Source: Paracoccus suum
GTDB lineage: Bacteria > Pseudomonadota > Alphaproteobacteria > Rhodobacterales > Rhodobacteraceae
DNA: 32,000 nucleotides
Direction: 5' to 3'
Assembly: GCF_003324675.1 (NCBI RefSeq)
Contig: NZ_CP030918.1
Span: forward strand, 1,140,001 to 1,172,000
The notes beneath the pieces were generated by a model. It was not told the origin of the DNA, did not search any database, and saw only the letters and a list, made by a program, of their open reading frames with translations. Positions 1 to 8,744 of the stretch are shown piece by piece; the stretch's first letter is position 1; each line of letters begins with the position of its first letter. The position numbers and the translations under genes were made by a program.

Positions 1-1238
1 TGCCCGAGGCGAGCGTCAGCACCCATGCCGGCAAATGGGAAAAGAACCGCTTCATGGGTGTCGAGCTGTTTAACAAGACGCTCGGCGTGATCGGCGCAGG
101 CAATATCGGCGGAATCGTCATCGACCGGGCGCTGGGCCTGCACATGAAGGTGCTGGCCTATGACCCTTTCCTGTCCGAGGAACGCGCGGCCGAGATCGGC
201 GCCAAGAAGGTCGAACTGGACGAGTTGCTGGCCAAGTCCGATTTCATCACCCTGCACGTCCCGCTGACCGACAAAACCCGCAATATCCTGTCGGCCGAGG
301 CGATTGCGGGGACAAAACCCGGCGTGCGCATCATCAACTGCGCTCGCGGCGGGTTGGTGGACGAGGCCGCCTTGGCCGAGGCGCTGAAAAGCGGCCAGGT
401 CGCCGGTGCCGCCTTTGACGTGTTCGCGACAGAGCCTGCGACAGAAAGCCCACTGTTCGGCCTGTCTAATGTCGTCGTGACCCCGCATCTTGGCGCCAGC
501 ACCACCGAGGCGCAGGAGAATGTTGCCCTGCAAGTCGCCGAGCAGATGGCCGACTATCTGCTGACCGGGGCCGTCGCCAATGCCCTGAACATGCCCAGCG
601 TCACCGCCGAAGAGGCCGCGGTCATGGGACCGTGGATCAAGCTGGCCGGGCATCTGGGCGGCTTTGTCGGGCAGATGACGGACGAGCCGATCAAGGCAAT
701 CAACATCCTTTACGACGGGGTCGCCGCGGGGATGAACCTGCAGGCGCTGAACGCGGCGGTGATCGCGGGCGTCATGAAGGCCGCGAATCCGGATGTGAAC
801 ATGGTCTCGGCCCCTGTCATCGCGAAGGAGCGCGGCATCCAGATCGCGACCACGACCCAGGACAAATCGGGCGTCTATGACGGCTACATCAAGGTGACGA
901 TGGTGACCGGCGATCGCGAGCGCTCGATCGGCGGGACCGTCTTCAGCGACGGCAAGCCGCGTTTTGTGCAGATTCGCGGAATCAATGTGGACGCCGAAAT
1001 CGGCGCGCATATGATGTATACCAGAAACAAGGACTTGCCGGGTGTTATCGGCACGCTTGGCATGACCTTGGGGCGTCTGGGGGTGAACATGGCAAACTTC
1101 ACGCTGGGCCGCGCGGCAGCGGGCGGGGACGCGATCGCGATCACCTATCTGGATGAGCCCTTGCCCGAAGAGGTCCGCCAGGCGCTGCTCGAGACCGGCA
1201 AGTTCGAGCAGGTTCGTCCGTTGGCCTTCGAGGTGTGA
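1..1238 (+). CDS. serA: D-3-phosphoglycerate dehydrogenase, 5'-partial (frame opens at base 3; N-terminus lies upstream of the window)
   Basis: Upstream of the listed Met the frame reads PEASVSTHAGKWEKNRFMGVEL. It contains the GVIGAGNIG Rossmann motif, the CARGG..DE and PHLGAST catalytic region, and a C-terminal ACT-like domain. Stop TGA at 1236-1238. Confidence 0.95.
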   Translation, partial: PEASVSTHAGKWEKNRFMGVELFNKTLGVIGAGNIGGIVIDRALGLHMKVLAYDPFLSEERAAEIGAKKVELDELLAKSDFITLHVPLTDKTRNILSAEAIAGTKPGVRIINCARGGLVDEAALAEALKSGQVAGAAFDVFATEPATESPLFGLSNVVVTPHLGASTTEAQENVALQVAEQMADYLLTGAVANALNMPSVTAEEAAVMGPWIKLAGHLGGFVGQMTDEPIKAINILYDGVAAGMNLQALNAAVIAGVMKAANPDVNMVSAPVIAKERGIQIATTTQDKSGVYDGYIKVTMVTGDRERSIGGTVFSDGKPRFVQIRGINVDAEIGAHMMYTRNKDLPGVIGTLGMTLGRLGVNMANFTLGRAAAGGDAIAITYLDEPLPEEVRQALLETGKFEQVRPLAFEV

Positions 1239-1249
1239 CGGCAGGCCAG

Positions 1250-2119
1250 ATGCGGATCTATGCGCTCGGGGATATTCACGGCCAGGCGGAAGGCCTGGCC
1301 GTGGCCCATGCCCGGATCGCTGCGGACCGCGCCCGCTGCGGCGATACGGCAGCGCCGGTGGTCCATGTTGGCGATCTGATCGCAAAGGGGCCGGCCTCGC
1401 GCGAGGTGGTGCAGTTTCTGATGGACGGTCAGGCGCAAGGCCAGCCCTGGATCGTTCTGAAGGGCAATCACGAGCGCATGTTCAGCATCTTCCTCGACGA
1501 CCCCGAGGCGTGCGATCCGGGCAAGCGCAGCGCTGGCCGGTGGATCGATCCCGCCGGGGGAGGCGACGTCGTACTCGCCTCGTTCGGTGTCCCCGATGCC
1601 TCGACCCGCCCGTTGGCCGAGGTTCATACCGAGGCGCTGGCGCGCGTACCGCAAGCCACCCGCGACTGGCTGGCCCGCCTGCCGACCAGTTGGCTGTCAC
1701 CGCTGGCGCTATTCGTTCATGCCGGCATTCGCCCGGCGCTCGACCTGCAGGCGCAGGCCGAAACAGACATGCTGTGGATTCGCAAGCCGTTTCAAAGCGA
1801 TCTGCGCGACCATGGGGTGCTGGTCGTGCATGGTCATACGCCCGGCCGCCGAGTGCGGCACTTTGGCAATCGCGTCAATCTCGACACCGGGGCGGCCACC
1901 GGCGGACCGGTCTCGGCGGTACGAATCGATGCGGAGGGGGTCTGGCTGCTGACGGATGACGCACCACAGTGGCTCGGCCCGTCGCAGTCGCAGCGCCGTA
2001 TCCCGGTTGATCCGATGGGCGGCGGTGTGGCAGGCAGCGCGGTGGACAGAACGGAGGGCGGCCATGGGACGGGTGATTGCGGCGCTGCTGGCGTTGGCGG
2101 CGACGCAGGCCGCGGCTGA
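1250..2119 (+). CDS. Metallophosphoesterase (Ser/Thr phosphatase 1 / ApaH-like family)
   Basis: MRIYALGDIHGQ, GDLIAKGP, GNHE and VHGHTP metallophosphatase motifs. ATG at 1250 preferred over GTG at 1235. The low-complexity C-terminal tail overlaps the creA start, so the true end is uncertain. Confidence 0.8.
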   Translation: MRIYALGDIHGQAEGLAVAHARIAADRARCGDTAAPVVHVGDLIAKGPASREVVQFLMDGQAQGQPWIVLKGNHERMFSIFLDDPEACDPGKRSAGRWIDPAGGGDVVLASFGVPDASTRPLAEVHTEALARVPQATRDWLARLPTSWLSPLALFVHAGIRPALDLQAQAETDMLWIRKPFQSDLRDHGVLVVHGHTPGRRVRHFGNRVNLDTGAATGGPVSAVRIDAEGVWLLTDDAPQWLGPSQSQRRIPVDPMGGGVAGSAVDRTEGGHGTGDCGAAGVGGDAGRG

Positions 2120-2513
2120 CCAGGTCGGCAAGGTCGGTGTCGACTGGGTCGGCAACGACATCGTGGTCGAGGCGTTTCATGACCCCAAGGTGCCGGGCGT
2201 GACCTGCCATCTGGCCTATTTCGAGCGCTCTACCATCGATCGGCTGCGCAACGGCAACTGGTTCGAGGACCCATCGAACAGCGCCATCGAATGCTCGCGC
2301 ACCGGACCGGTGGTGCCCGGCGACATTGCGCGTGGCCCGAAGGGCGAGGCGGTGTTCAGCGAAGGCAGATCGCTGATCTTCAAGTCGCTGCGGGTGACCC
2401 GGATCTATGACGAGCCGAACGGCGTGCTTGTCTATCTCGTCCATGCCAGCCAAGTGGCCGAAGGGTCGGCCAAGATGTCCATTTCCACGGTGCCGGTCGA
2501 CCGCGCGCCTTGA
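2064..2513 (+). CDS. creA: CreA family protein (periplasmic, signal peptide)
   Basis: MGRVIAALLALAATQAAA signal peptide. The blocks IVVEAFHDPKVPGVTCH, IECSRTGP and SLIFKSLRVTRIYD match the recalled E. coli CreA pattern (VVEAFDDPDVKNVTCY, SLVFKSLQVVRFYD). Confidence 0.85.
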   Translation: MGRVIAALLALAATQAAADQVGKVGVDWVGNDIVVEAFHDPKVPGVTCHLAYFERSTIDRLRNGNWFEDPSNSAIECSRTGPVVPGDIARGPKGEAVFSEGRSLIFKSLRVTRIYDEPNGVLVYLVHASQVAEGSAKMSISTVPVDRAP

Positions 2514-2620
2514 TCGCGCGCATATCCGCAGCGGGCTGGGCGCGTGTCCGCCAGATGCGACGGGGGCTTGCATGGACAGCGGCGAGGCTGCGCCCTATAT
2601 CGCGGCTCACGAGGCCATGC

Positions 2621-2947
2621 ATGAATTCCAAAACCGCAAAATTTGCCCTCGGACAAGTGGTCCGACATCGCAACCACCCGTTTCGCGGGGTGGTCTTTGA
2701 CGTCGATCCGGAGTTCGCCAATACCGAGGAATGGTACGAGGCGATCCCCGAAGAGGTCCGCCCGGCACGCGACCAACCCTACTACCACCTGTTCGCCGAG
2801 AACGAGGCGAGCTTTTATGTCGCGTATGTCTCTGAACAGAACCTCGTCCCCGACAAGTCGGGCGAGCCGGTCGAACATCCCGAGGTCGCCAGTTTGTTCG
2901 GCGAGTTTGAGGACGGCCGCTATCCGCTGGATGGACTGCTGAACTGA
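2621..2947 (+). CDS. hspQ: Heat shock protein HspQ / hemimethylated-DNA-binding (YccV) domain protein
   Basis: From the internal ATG at 2621: MNSKTAKFALGQVVRHRNHPFRGVVFDVDPEF...PYYHLFAENE...YVSEQNL, typical of the HspQ family. Confidence 0.85.
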   Translation: MNSKTAKFALGQVVRHRNHPFRGVVFDVDPEFANTEEWYEAIPEEVRPARDQPYYHLFAENEASFYVAYVSEQNLVPDKSGEPVEHPEVASLFGEFEDGRYPLDGLLN

Positions 2948-3135
2948 GGCTTGGCTACCGCCGTGGTCGCGGCGCTCTGTTCAGGGCGCGGGCTTCTGAT
3001 GGGACGCGCACTCAGCTTTGCGCTGGTTGGGCGGCCGTTGGCGACCAGCCATTCGTTGCCCTTCTCATCTCTTTAGAGAGCGCCACGACTTCAAGCTGCC
3101 GCTGCCCGGCGTGACCTGCGCAGGCAGTTGCTGGA

Positions 3136-3702
3136 TCAAGCTGCTGCCGGTGGGCCGACTTTCGGCACCAGGAACGCCAGCACATTGTGGCCGGCATCGG
3201 GTCGGTAATAGAGTTGCTCGGTGATCTCGCAGATCAGCGGCCAGCCAAACCCGCCTTCCGGCAGCGTCTCGACGGGGCCGTGGGCGCTGCGCGGCAGTGT
3301 GCCAGGGATGAAGCAGTTGCCGGGAACTGCGTCGCCGTCGTCGCAGACGATGCAGAACAGGCCGCCCTCGGCATGCGCGATACTCAAGTGGACGCGCCCC
3401 GCGGCACCGGGATTTTCACTGCCGGCTTCGCGCGCGATCACCTCGACGCCATGCTCGGCGATGTTGTTCAGTATCTCTGCGATGACCAGTTCCAGCTTGC
3501 CGACCAGATCCTCGCCGTAGGGATCGGCGAAACGCGAGCGCATTTCGATCAGGGTGCTGCGGATTTCCAGCGGCTCGGGGCGTAGCGCGCGGCAGAAGGG
3601 ACCGCCCCCACTGCCAGGCGCCAGCAATTCGGACGGGACTTCGTGAAGCGGCGGAAAGGGGACCCGGGGCGGGCGCCGGTATCCGGTGGAGCGCGAGCGC
3701 AT
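3136..3702 (-). CDS. RsbW/SpoIIAB-like ATP-binding protein (anti-sigma-type serine kinase, HATPase_c_2-like)
   Basis: N-box-like ELVIAEILNNIAEHG and G-box-like LPEGGFGWPLI. Starts 1 nt after the stop of the upstream STAS gene. Has an N-terminal Pro/Arg-rich extension. Confidence 0.7.
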   Translation of the reverse strand: MRSRSTGYRRPPRVPFPPLHEVPSELLAPGSGGGPFCRALRPEPLEIRSTLIEMRSRFADPYGEDLVGKLELVIAEILNNIAEHGVEVIAREAGSENPGAAGRVHLSIAHAEGGLFCIVCDDGDAVPGNCFIPGTLPRSAHGPVETLPEGGFGWPLICEITEQLYYRPDAGHNVLAFLVPKVGPPAAA

Positions 3703-3703
3703 C

Positions 3704-4039
3704 TCAGGCGGCCCCGGCGGTCGGCAGGGAATGGTTATCTCTGATGGTGAATACGCTGTCCATGCGCGTCAGCCGGAACACACGTTGGACATTGGGCTGC
3801 AGCCCCTTCAGCTCCAGCGGCCGTTCGCGCGGCATCGATTTTAGGACCGCAATCAGGGCCCCGAGGCCGGAGCTGTCCATGAAGTCTACCTGGCCAAGGT
3901 CGAGCAGCACGGTCCTGCCGCCAAGCTCCATGACCCGGCGCATCTCGTCCTTGAAAAAGGTCGCCACGGCTGCATCGAGGCGCGCCTCGTCCAACCTGAC
4001 GGCCAGCACGTCGCCCTGAAGTTCGGCCACCAGTTTCAT
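3704..4039 (-). CDS. STAS-domain anti-sigma-factor antagonist (RsbV/SpoIIAA-like)
   Basis: LDLGQVDFMDSSGLGALI with the conserved phosphorylatable Ser context. About 110 aa, the typical length. Confidence 0.85.
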   Translation of the reverse strand: MKLVAELQGDVLAVRLDEARLDAAVATFFKDEMRRVMELGGRTVLLDLGQVDFMDSSGLGALIAVLKSMPRERPLELKGLQPNVQRVFRLTRMDSVFTIRDNHSLPTAGAA

Positions 4040-4137
4040 CGCGCACCTCGGAATTTGTCGATTTCCTCTACTGCCGGCCTAAGGCACAAAGGTTTAGATC
4101 CGGTTACCGCCCTCGCCAATCCAGGAGGTACTTAAAA

Positions 4138-5319
4138 TTGTCCGGAAATGACGTCTTCATCCTCGGGTCCGCGCGCACGCCGATGGGCGGGTTGCAAGGC
4201 GCGCTGGGCACGGTCGCGGCGCCCGCGTTGGGCGGCGTTGCAATCGCGGGGGCGCTTGCGCAGACCGGCCTGGCGACTACGGATGTCGAGGCAGTGCTGA
4301 TGGGGTGCGTGCTGCCGGCGGGGCTGGGGCAAGCGCCCGCGCGTCAGGCGGGCTTTGCCGCCGGTCTCGCGCAAGATGTGCCGGCCGTCACTCTGAACAA
4401 GATGTGCGGCAGCGGCATGCAGGCGGTCATGACCGGCGCTGACATGATCCGCGCAGGTTCGGCGGCCGCCGTGGTCGCCGGCGGTATGGAGAGCATGACC
4501 GGCGCGCCCTACCTGCTGCCGAAGATGCGTGGCGGTGCGCGGATTGGGCATACCCAAGCGTTCGATTCGATGTTCCTTGACGGGCTGGAGGATGCCTATG
4601 TCCGCGGCCCGGACGGGCAGGGGCGGTTGATGGGCACCTTCGCCGAGGATTGCGCCGCGGCCTTTGCCTTTACCCGCGAGGCGCAGGACGCCTATGCGCT
4701 GGAATCGCTGGCGCGTGCGCAGGGCGCCATCGCCTCGGGCGCGTTCGCGGCCGAGATCGTACCGGTCGCAGTGCCCGGCCGCGACGGTGAGACGCTGGTC
4801 GACACGGACGAGCAGCCCGGCAATGCCCGGCCCGAAAAGATCCCGACCCTGAGACCAGCCTTCCGCAAGGACGGGACGGTGACGGCGGCCAACAGCAGTT
4901 CGATCAGCGACGGCGCGGCGGCGCTGGTACTGTCGGGCCAAGGCGATCATGCCGTGGCCCGGATCGTGGGATATGCCGGGCACGCCCAGGCGCCGGCGGA
5001 TTTCCCGACCGCGCCCATGCCGGCCACGGAAAAGCTGCTCGCACAGATCGGCTGGGACGTCGACGATGTCGACCTGTGGGAAGTCAACGAAGCCTTCGCC
5101 GTCGTGCCGATGGCCTTCATGGCGCGGCTGGGCGTTCCGCATGCGCGTCTCAACGTGAACGGCGGGGCCTGCGCGCTGGGCCACCCGATCGGCGCGTCGG
5201 GCGCCCGGATCATGGTCACCTTGCTGCATGCCCTGCAAGCGCGTCGCCTGCGCCGGGGTATCGCCGCGATCTGCATCGGCGGCGGCGAGGGCACCGCTAT
5301 CGCCATCGAGCGCCTTTGA
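4138..5319 (+). CDS. Acetyl-CoA C-acetyltransferase (thiolase II)
   Basis: LNKMCGSGMQAV active-site Cys region, NVNGGACALGHPIGASGARI and CIGGGEG C-terminal thiolase signatures. AGGAGG Shine-Dalgarno 7-12 nt upstream of the TTG start. Confidence 0.95.
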   Translation: MSGNDVFILGSARTPMGGLQGALGTVAAPALGGVAIAGALAQTGLATTDVEAVLMGCVLPAGLGQAPARQAGFAAGLAQDVPAVTLNKMCGSGMQAVMTGADMIRAGSAAAVVAGGMESMTGAPYLLPKMRGGARIGHTQAFDSMFLDGLEDAYVRGPDGQGRLMGTFAEDCAAAFAFTREAQDAYALESLARAQGAIASGAFAAEIVPVAVPGRDGETLVDTDEQPGNARPEKIPTLRPAFRKDGTVTAANSSSISDGAAALVLSGQGDHAVARIVGYAGHAQAPADFPTAPMPATEKLLAQIGWDVDDVDLWEVNEAFAVVPMAFMARLGVPHARLNVNGGACALGHPIGASGARIMVTLLHALQARRLRRGIAAICIGGGEGTAIAIERL

Positions 5320-5693
5320 TGTCGAAAAGCGTGGCCCGCGTGCAGGCGGCACTGCGCGATGCAGGCTTGGACGTTCGCATCCACGAGTTGGGCGATTGCC
5401 GCACGGCGGCAGATGCCGCTGCCAGTTGCGGCTGCAGCCTCGATCAGATCGTCAAGTCCATCCTGTTCCGGGGTGAGGCCAGCGGCGCCTGCCGCCTGTT
5501 TCTGACCGCCGGTGGCAACCGGGTCGATCCCGCCAAGGCGGCGTTGCTGGCGGGCGAGGGGCTGGGCAAGGCGGACGCGGATCTGGTGCGGGCGGAAACC
5601 GGATTTGCCATCGGCGGCGTCGCCCCGATCGGCCATCTGAGTCGCGTTCCGGTCTATTGGGACCCGCGGCTGTCGGATTTCGACGAGGTCTGA
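5319..5693 (+). CDS. YbaK/EbsC (aminoacyl-tRNA deacylase) family protein, ended prematurely by an in-frame TGA; the frame continues to 5786
   Basis: MSKSVARVQAALRDAGL...IVKSILF...GFAIGGVAPIGH. The ATG overlaps the thiolase stop (TGATG). After TGA 5691-5693 the same frame reads AAAGTPRHVLAIAPVELLRITGAQSADFVI*, the family-typical C-terminus. Confidence 0.8.
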   Translation: MSKSVARVQAALRDAGLDVRIHELGDCRTAADAAASCGCSLDQIVKSILFRGEASGACRLFLTAGGNRVDPAKAALLAGEGLGKADADLVRAETGFAIGGVAPIGHLSRVPVYWDPRLSDFDEV

Positions 5694-5789
5694 GCCGCTG
5701 CGGGCACGCCCCGCCATGTCCTCGCCATCGCGCCGGTCGAGCTGCTGCGCATCACCGGCGCGCAATCCGCCGATTTCGTGATCTGACGC

Positions 5790-6182
5790 TCACGGCTTTG
5801 CAGCGGCCTTGCTGCCGCCCATCGCCTTGAGGCGGTCGATCAGGCCGGCGGCCTTTGGCCCGATCCGGTCGCAGGCGCCGGGATCGTCCAGCAGCGCGAA
5901 GGCCGGCCCGTAGTAACGCGAATCGTAGGTCGACGGATCGAGGCCTAGCTGGCTCGCAAGCTTTTCACCGGTGCCTGTGATCAGCGCCCATGCGCTGTCA
6001 TCAACCTGCCAGTCGGGGCAGTTCGAGGTGATGACGTTGACCTCGGCCAGTTCTGTGATCAGCGCCTCGGCCTCGCGCCGGTCAAGGCCCGACACATCCG
6101 GCAGTTGCACGCTGAGGCGGTCGTTGGCGAGCGTGGCGCCCGCTGGCATGAGCAGGGCGAAAAGCAACCACGAGATGCGCAT
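5790..6182 (-). CDS. Hypothetical secreted protein
   Basis: N-terminal signal peptide MRISWLLFALLMPAGATLA. Coding-like composition. No recognised family. Confidence 0.55.
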   Translation of the reverse strand: MRISWLLFALLMPAGATLANDRLSVQLPDVSGLDRREAEALITELAEVNVITSNCPDWQVDDSAWALITGTGEKLASQLGLDPSTYDSRYYGPAFALLDDPGACDRIGPKAAGLIDRLKAMGGSKAAAKP

Positions 6183-6369
6183 TCCCAGCCCCTTTGACGC
6201 CGCCTAACAGGCGCCATCGGGCCTGAGACGCGCCGCCGGTGCAAGGCAAAACGGCGTGACTTGACGGTAAGGAAAGCCCCGGATACGCGAAACCGTCTGC
6301 CGGGTGCCGCCGCGAAAGCGGCCGCAGCCCCGTGCCGGCATCCTTTCCAGTCTGCTTGCGAGGCCCGAG

Positions 6370-7494
6370 ATGTCCGACAGCTATTCCCTCCTGATCCTGC
6401 CCGGCGACGGTATCGGCCGCGAGGTCATGGCCGAGGTCCGCAAGGTGATCGACTGGCTCGGCGCCAATCGCGGCCTGACGTTCCGCGTCGAGGAGGGGCT
6501 GGTTGGCGGCGCCAGCTATGACGCCCACGGCACCCCCCTGACCGACGAGGTCATGGCGCGCGCGCAGGCCGTCGACGCGGTGCTGCTCGGGGCCGTGGGC
6601 GGGCCGGCCTATGACGATCTCGACTTCAGCGTGAAGCCCGAGCGTGGGCTGCTGCGCCTGCGCAAGGAGATGGACCTGTTCGCCAACCTGCGCCCGGCGC
6701 AATGCTTTGACGCGCTGGCCGATTTCAGCAGCCTCAAGCGCGAGGTGGTGGCCGGCCTCGACATCCTGATCGTGCGCGAGCTGACAAGCGGCGTCTATTT
6801 TGGCGAGCCGCGCGGCATCCATGCGGATGACAACAACCCCGACAATGAAGGTGGCCGTGTCGGCGTCAACACCCAGCGCTATACCAGCGGAGAGATCCGC
6901 CGCGTCGCTCGCGCCGCCTTTGAGCTGGCGAAAAAGCGCGGCAACCGCGTCTGCTCGATGGAAAAGGCCAACGTCATGGAATCGGGGATTTTGTGGCGCG
7001 AAGAGGTGCAGTGGGTCCACGACAACGAATATCCCGAGGTCGAGCTGTCGCACATGTATGCAGACAACGGCGCCATGCAGCTGGTTCGCAGACCGCAGCA
7101 GTTCGACGTGATCGTGACCGACAACCTGTTCGGCGACATCCTGTCGGACGCTGCGGCGATGCTGACCGGTAGCCTCGGGATGCTGCCCTCGGCCAGCCTC
7201 GGCGCGCCGATGGCGAACGGCCGGCCCAAGGCCCTTTACGAGCCCGTGCACGGCAGCGCCCCCGACATCGCGGGGCAGGGCAAGGCCAACCCGATCGCCT
7301 GCATCCTCAGCTTTGCGATGTGCCTGCGCTATTCGTTTGACCGCGCCGCAGAGGCAGACGCCATCGAGGCCGCGGTCGAGCGGGTGCTGGCCGACGGCGT
7401 GCGCACTGCGGACCTGATGGGACCAGATGGCGGCACCGCCGTCACCACCGGCCAGATGGGTGACCGGATCGTGGCCGCGCTGGCCGCGGCCTGA
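6370..7494 (+). CDS. leuB: 3-isopropylmalate dehydrogenase
   Basis: From the internal ATG: [20 protein letters not shown]. Also contains [33 protein letters not shown] and [15 protein letters not shown] motifs. Confidence 0.95.
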   Translation: MSDSYSLLILPGDGIGREVMAEVRKVIDWLGANRGLTFRVEEGLVGGASYDAHGTPLTDEVMARAQAVDAVLLGAVGGPAYDDLDFSVKPERGLLRLRKEMDLFANLRPAQCFDALADFSSLKREVVAGLDILIVRELTSGVYFGEPRGIHADDNNPDNEGGRVGVNTQRYTSGEIRRVARAAFELAKKRGNRVCSMEKANVMESGILWREEVQWVHDNEYPEVELSHMYADNGAMQLVRRPQQFDVIVTDNLFGDILSDAAAMLTGSLGMLPSASLGAPMANGRPKALYEPVHGSAPDIAGQGKANPIACILSFAMCLRYSFDRAAEADAIEAAVERVLADGVRTADLMGPDGGTAVTTGQMGDRIVAALAAA

Positions 7495-7497
7495 TCC

Positions 7498-8400
7498 GTG
7501 ACGGGCGGCGGCAACCTGCGTGCGGCCGCCCTTGCCCTGCTGGCCATGGCGATCCTGGCCACGCATGACGTCATCATCAAATCGCTCGGCAGCCGGTTCT
7601 CCCCCCTGCAGATCCTGTTCTTTGTCGCGCTGTTCAGCCTGCCGCTGGTGACCCTCGCCCTGGCACATGAGCGCGCGCCTGCCTTGCTGCGCCCGGTCGC
7701 GCCCCGCTGGGTGATGCTGCGAACCATCGCCATGGTCATCGCCGCCGGATCGTCCATGTATGCTTTCGCGGTGCTGCCACTGGCCGAGACCTATGCCCTG
7801 CTCTTCACCATGCCGCTGTGGGTCACCGTCATGGCGATTCCCCTGCTGGGCGAGCGGGTCGGCCTGCATCGGTGGCTCGCGATCCTGGTCGGCCTCGCGG
7901 GTGTGCTGGTCGTCCTGCGCCCGGGCAGCGCGCCACTGACTGCCGGCCATGCCGCAGCTCTGGTCGGGGCATTCTGCTCTGCGCTGACCGGCGTCATCGC
8001 CCGCCGCCTCGGCGGGATCGAGCGGAGCGTCGTCATGCTCTACTGGCCAGTTATGGGAATGCTGGCCACCGCCGGCTTGGCAATGCCCCTGGTCTATCGC
8101 CCGCCCGCCGGGCTGGACTTGGGGCTGATGGCCGTGATCGCGGTGCTGAACCTGCTCGGCAACGCCGTCATGCTCGCTGCATATCGGGCCGGCGAGGCGG
8201 CGATCGTGGCGCCGATGCAGTACAGCCAGATCATCTGGGCGGTGATGTTCGGCTGGCTGCTGTTTGCCGAACACCCGGACGCAGTGACCCTCGCAGGGGT
8301 CACCATGATCGTGGCCGCCGGCCTCTACATCGTCGCGCGTGAGCGCCGCGGGTCTGACAACCGCCCCGTCACGACCACGCGCACGCGCCCCCTTCGTTAG
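7498..8400 (+). CDS. DMT (EamA-type) family transporter
   Basis: About 10 predicted hydrophobic helices in two EamA-like halves. The start codon (GTG 7498) is uncertain. Confidence 0.8.
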   Translation: MTGGGNLRAAALALLAMAILATHDVIIKSLGSRFSPLQILFFVALFSLPLVTLALAHERAPALLRPVAPRWVMLRTIAMVIAAGSSMYAFAVLPLAETYALLFTMPLWVTVMAIPLLGERVGLHRWLAILVGLAGVLVVLRPGSAPLTAGHAAALVGAFCSALTGVIARRLGGIERSVVMLYWPVMGMLATAGLAMPLVYRPPAGLDLGLMAVIAVLNLLGNAVMLAAYRAGEAAIVAPMQYSQIIWAVMFGWLLFAEHPDAVTLAGVTMIVAAGLYIVARERRGSDNRPVTTTRTRPLR

Positions 8401-8463
8401 GCATCCGGCGGCGCAAATCCACTTGCAATCCCCCTGCGCGCGGTCTACCTGCCGCCCCACGGT

Positions 8464-8540
8464 CGGAGCGTAGCGCAGCCTGGTAGCGCACCTGCTTCGG
8501 GAGCAGGGGGTCGGAGGTTCGAATCCTCTCGCTCCGACCA
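8464..8540 (+). tRNA. tRNA-Pro (anticodon CGG)
   Basis: Cloverleaf read by hand: acceptor CGGAGCG/CGCTCCG, D arm GCGC-AGCCTGGTA-GCGC, anticodon stem CCTGC/GCAGG with loop TTCGGGA, T loop TTCGAAT, encoded CCA. Confidence 0.95.
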
Positions 8541-8544
8541 TTTC

Positions 8545-8658
8545 CCGGTTGTTTGGTGGCAGATAGTTCTGCCTTTCTGATCAGTTAGCTTGCCTCTGGG
8601 CTGCGATTGTTCGAGCGAGTCCCGGAAGTGAGGGGCGTTCGGCTTGCCCGAATCTCCC
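8545..8658. repeat. Repeat copy 1 (attL-like, B-O-P'): 36-nt core plus right-hand arm, starting 4 nt after the tRNA CCA
   Basis: 8545-8599 matches 11115-11169 at 53 of 55 positions. 8630-8658 matches 11198-11226 at 27 of 29. Contains the palindrome GGCAGAtagtTCTGCC at 8558-8573. Confidence 0.85.
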
Positions 8659-8744
8659 GAACAGTTGCGCACTGGCGGCTCGCTCGGAGATCCGAACGAG
8701 TGCGAGGGTCGGCGGATCGTTGCCTCTGATCGAGCCTGAGCGCC

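Noticed and set aside
6082-8541. Longest ORF in the track (819 aa, minus strand) spanning the leuB and DMT transporter region
   Set aside because: It is antisense to two genes with unmistakable family motifs. Its translation is low-complexity (R/G/A/Q/H/D-rich) with no recognisable domain, and it would run through the tRNA. This is the typical high-GC antisense open frame. The same reasoning applies to 4132-5352(-), 17441-18796(+), 21343-22845(+), 22814-23755(+), 23698-24885(+), 29233-30234(+), 16406-17383(-), 11244-12215(+), 8957-9913(+) and 9796-10548(+).
8557-8572. Sigma-54-like promoter in the repeat core (TGGCAG-N-TCTGC, also at 11127 and 13139)
   Set aside because: The GG to GC spacing is one nucleotide longer than the canonical TGGCAC-N5-TTGC. 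The -12 element is TCTGC/TTTGC in the wrong register, and no activator or obvious downstream plus-strand gene follows. It is better explained as an inverted-repeat protein-binding core.
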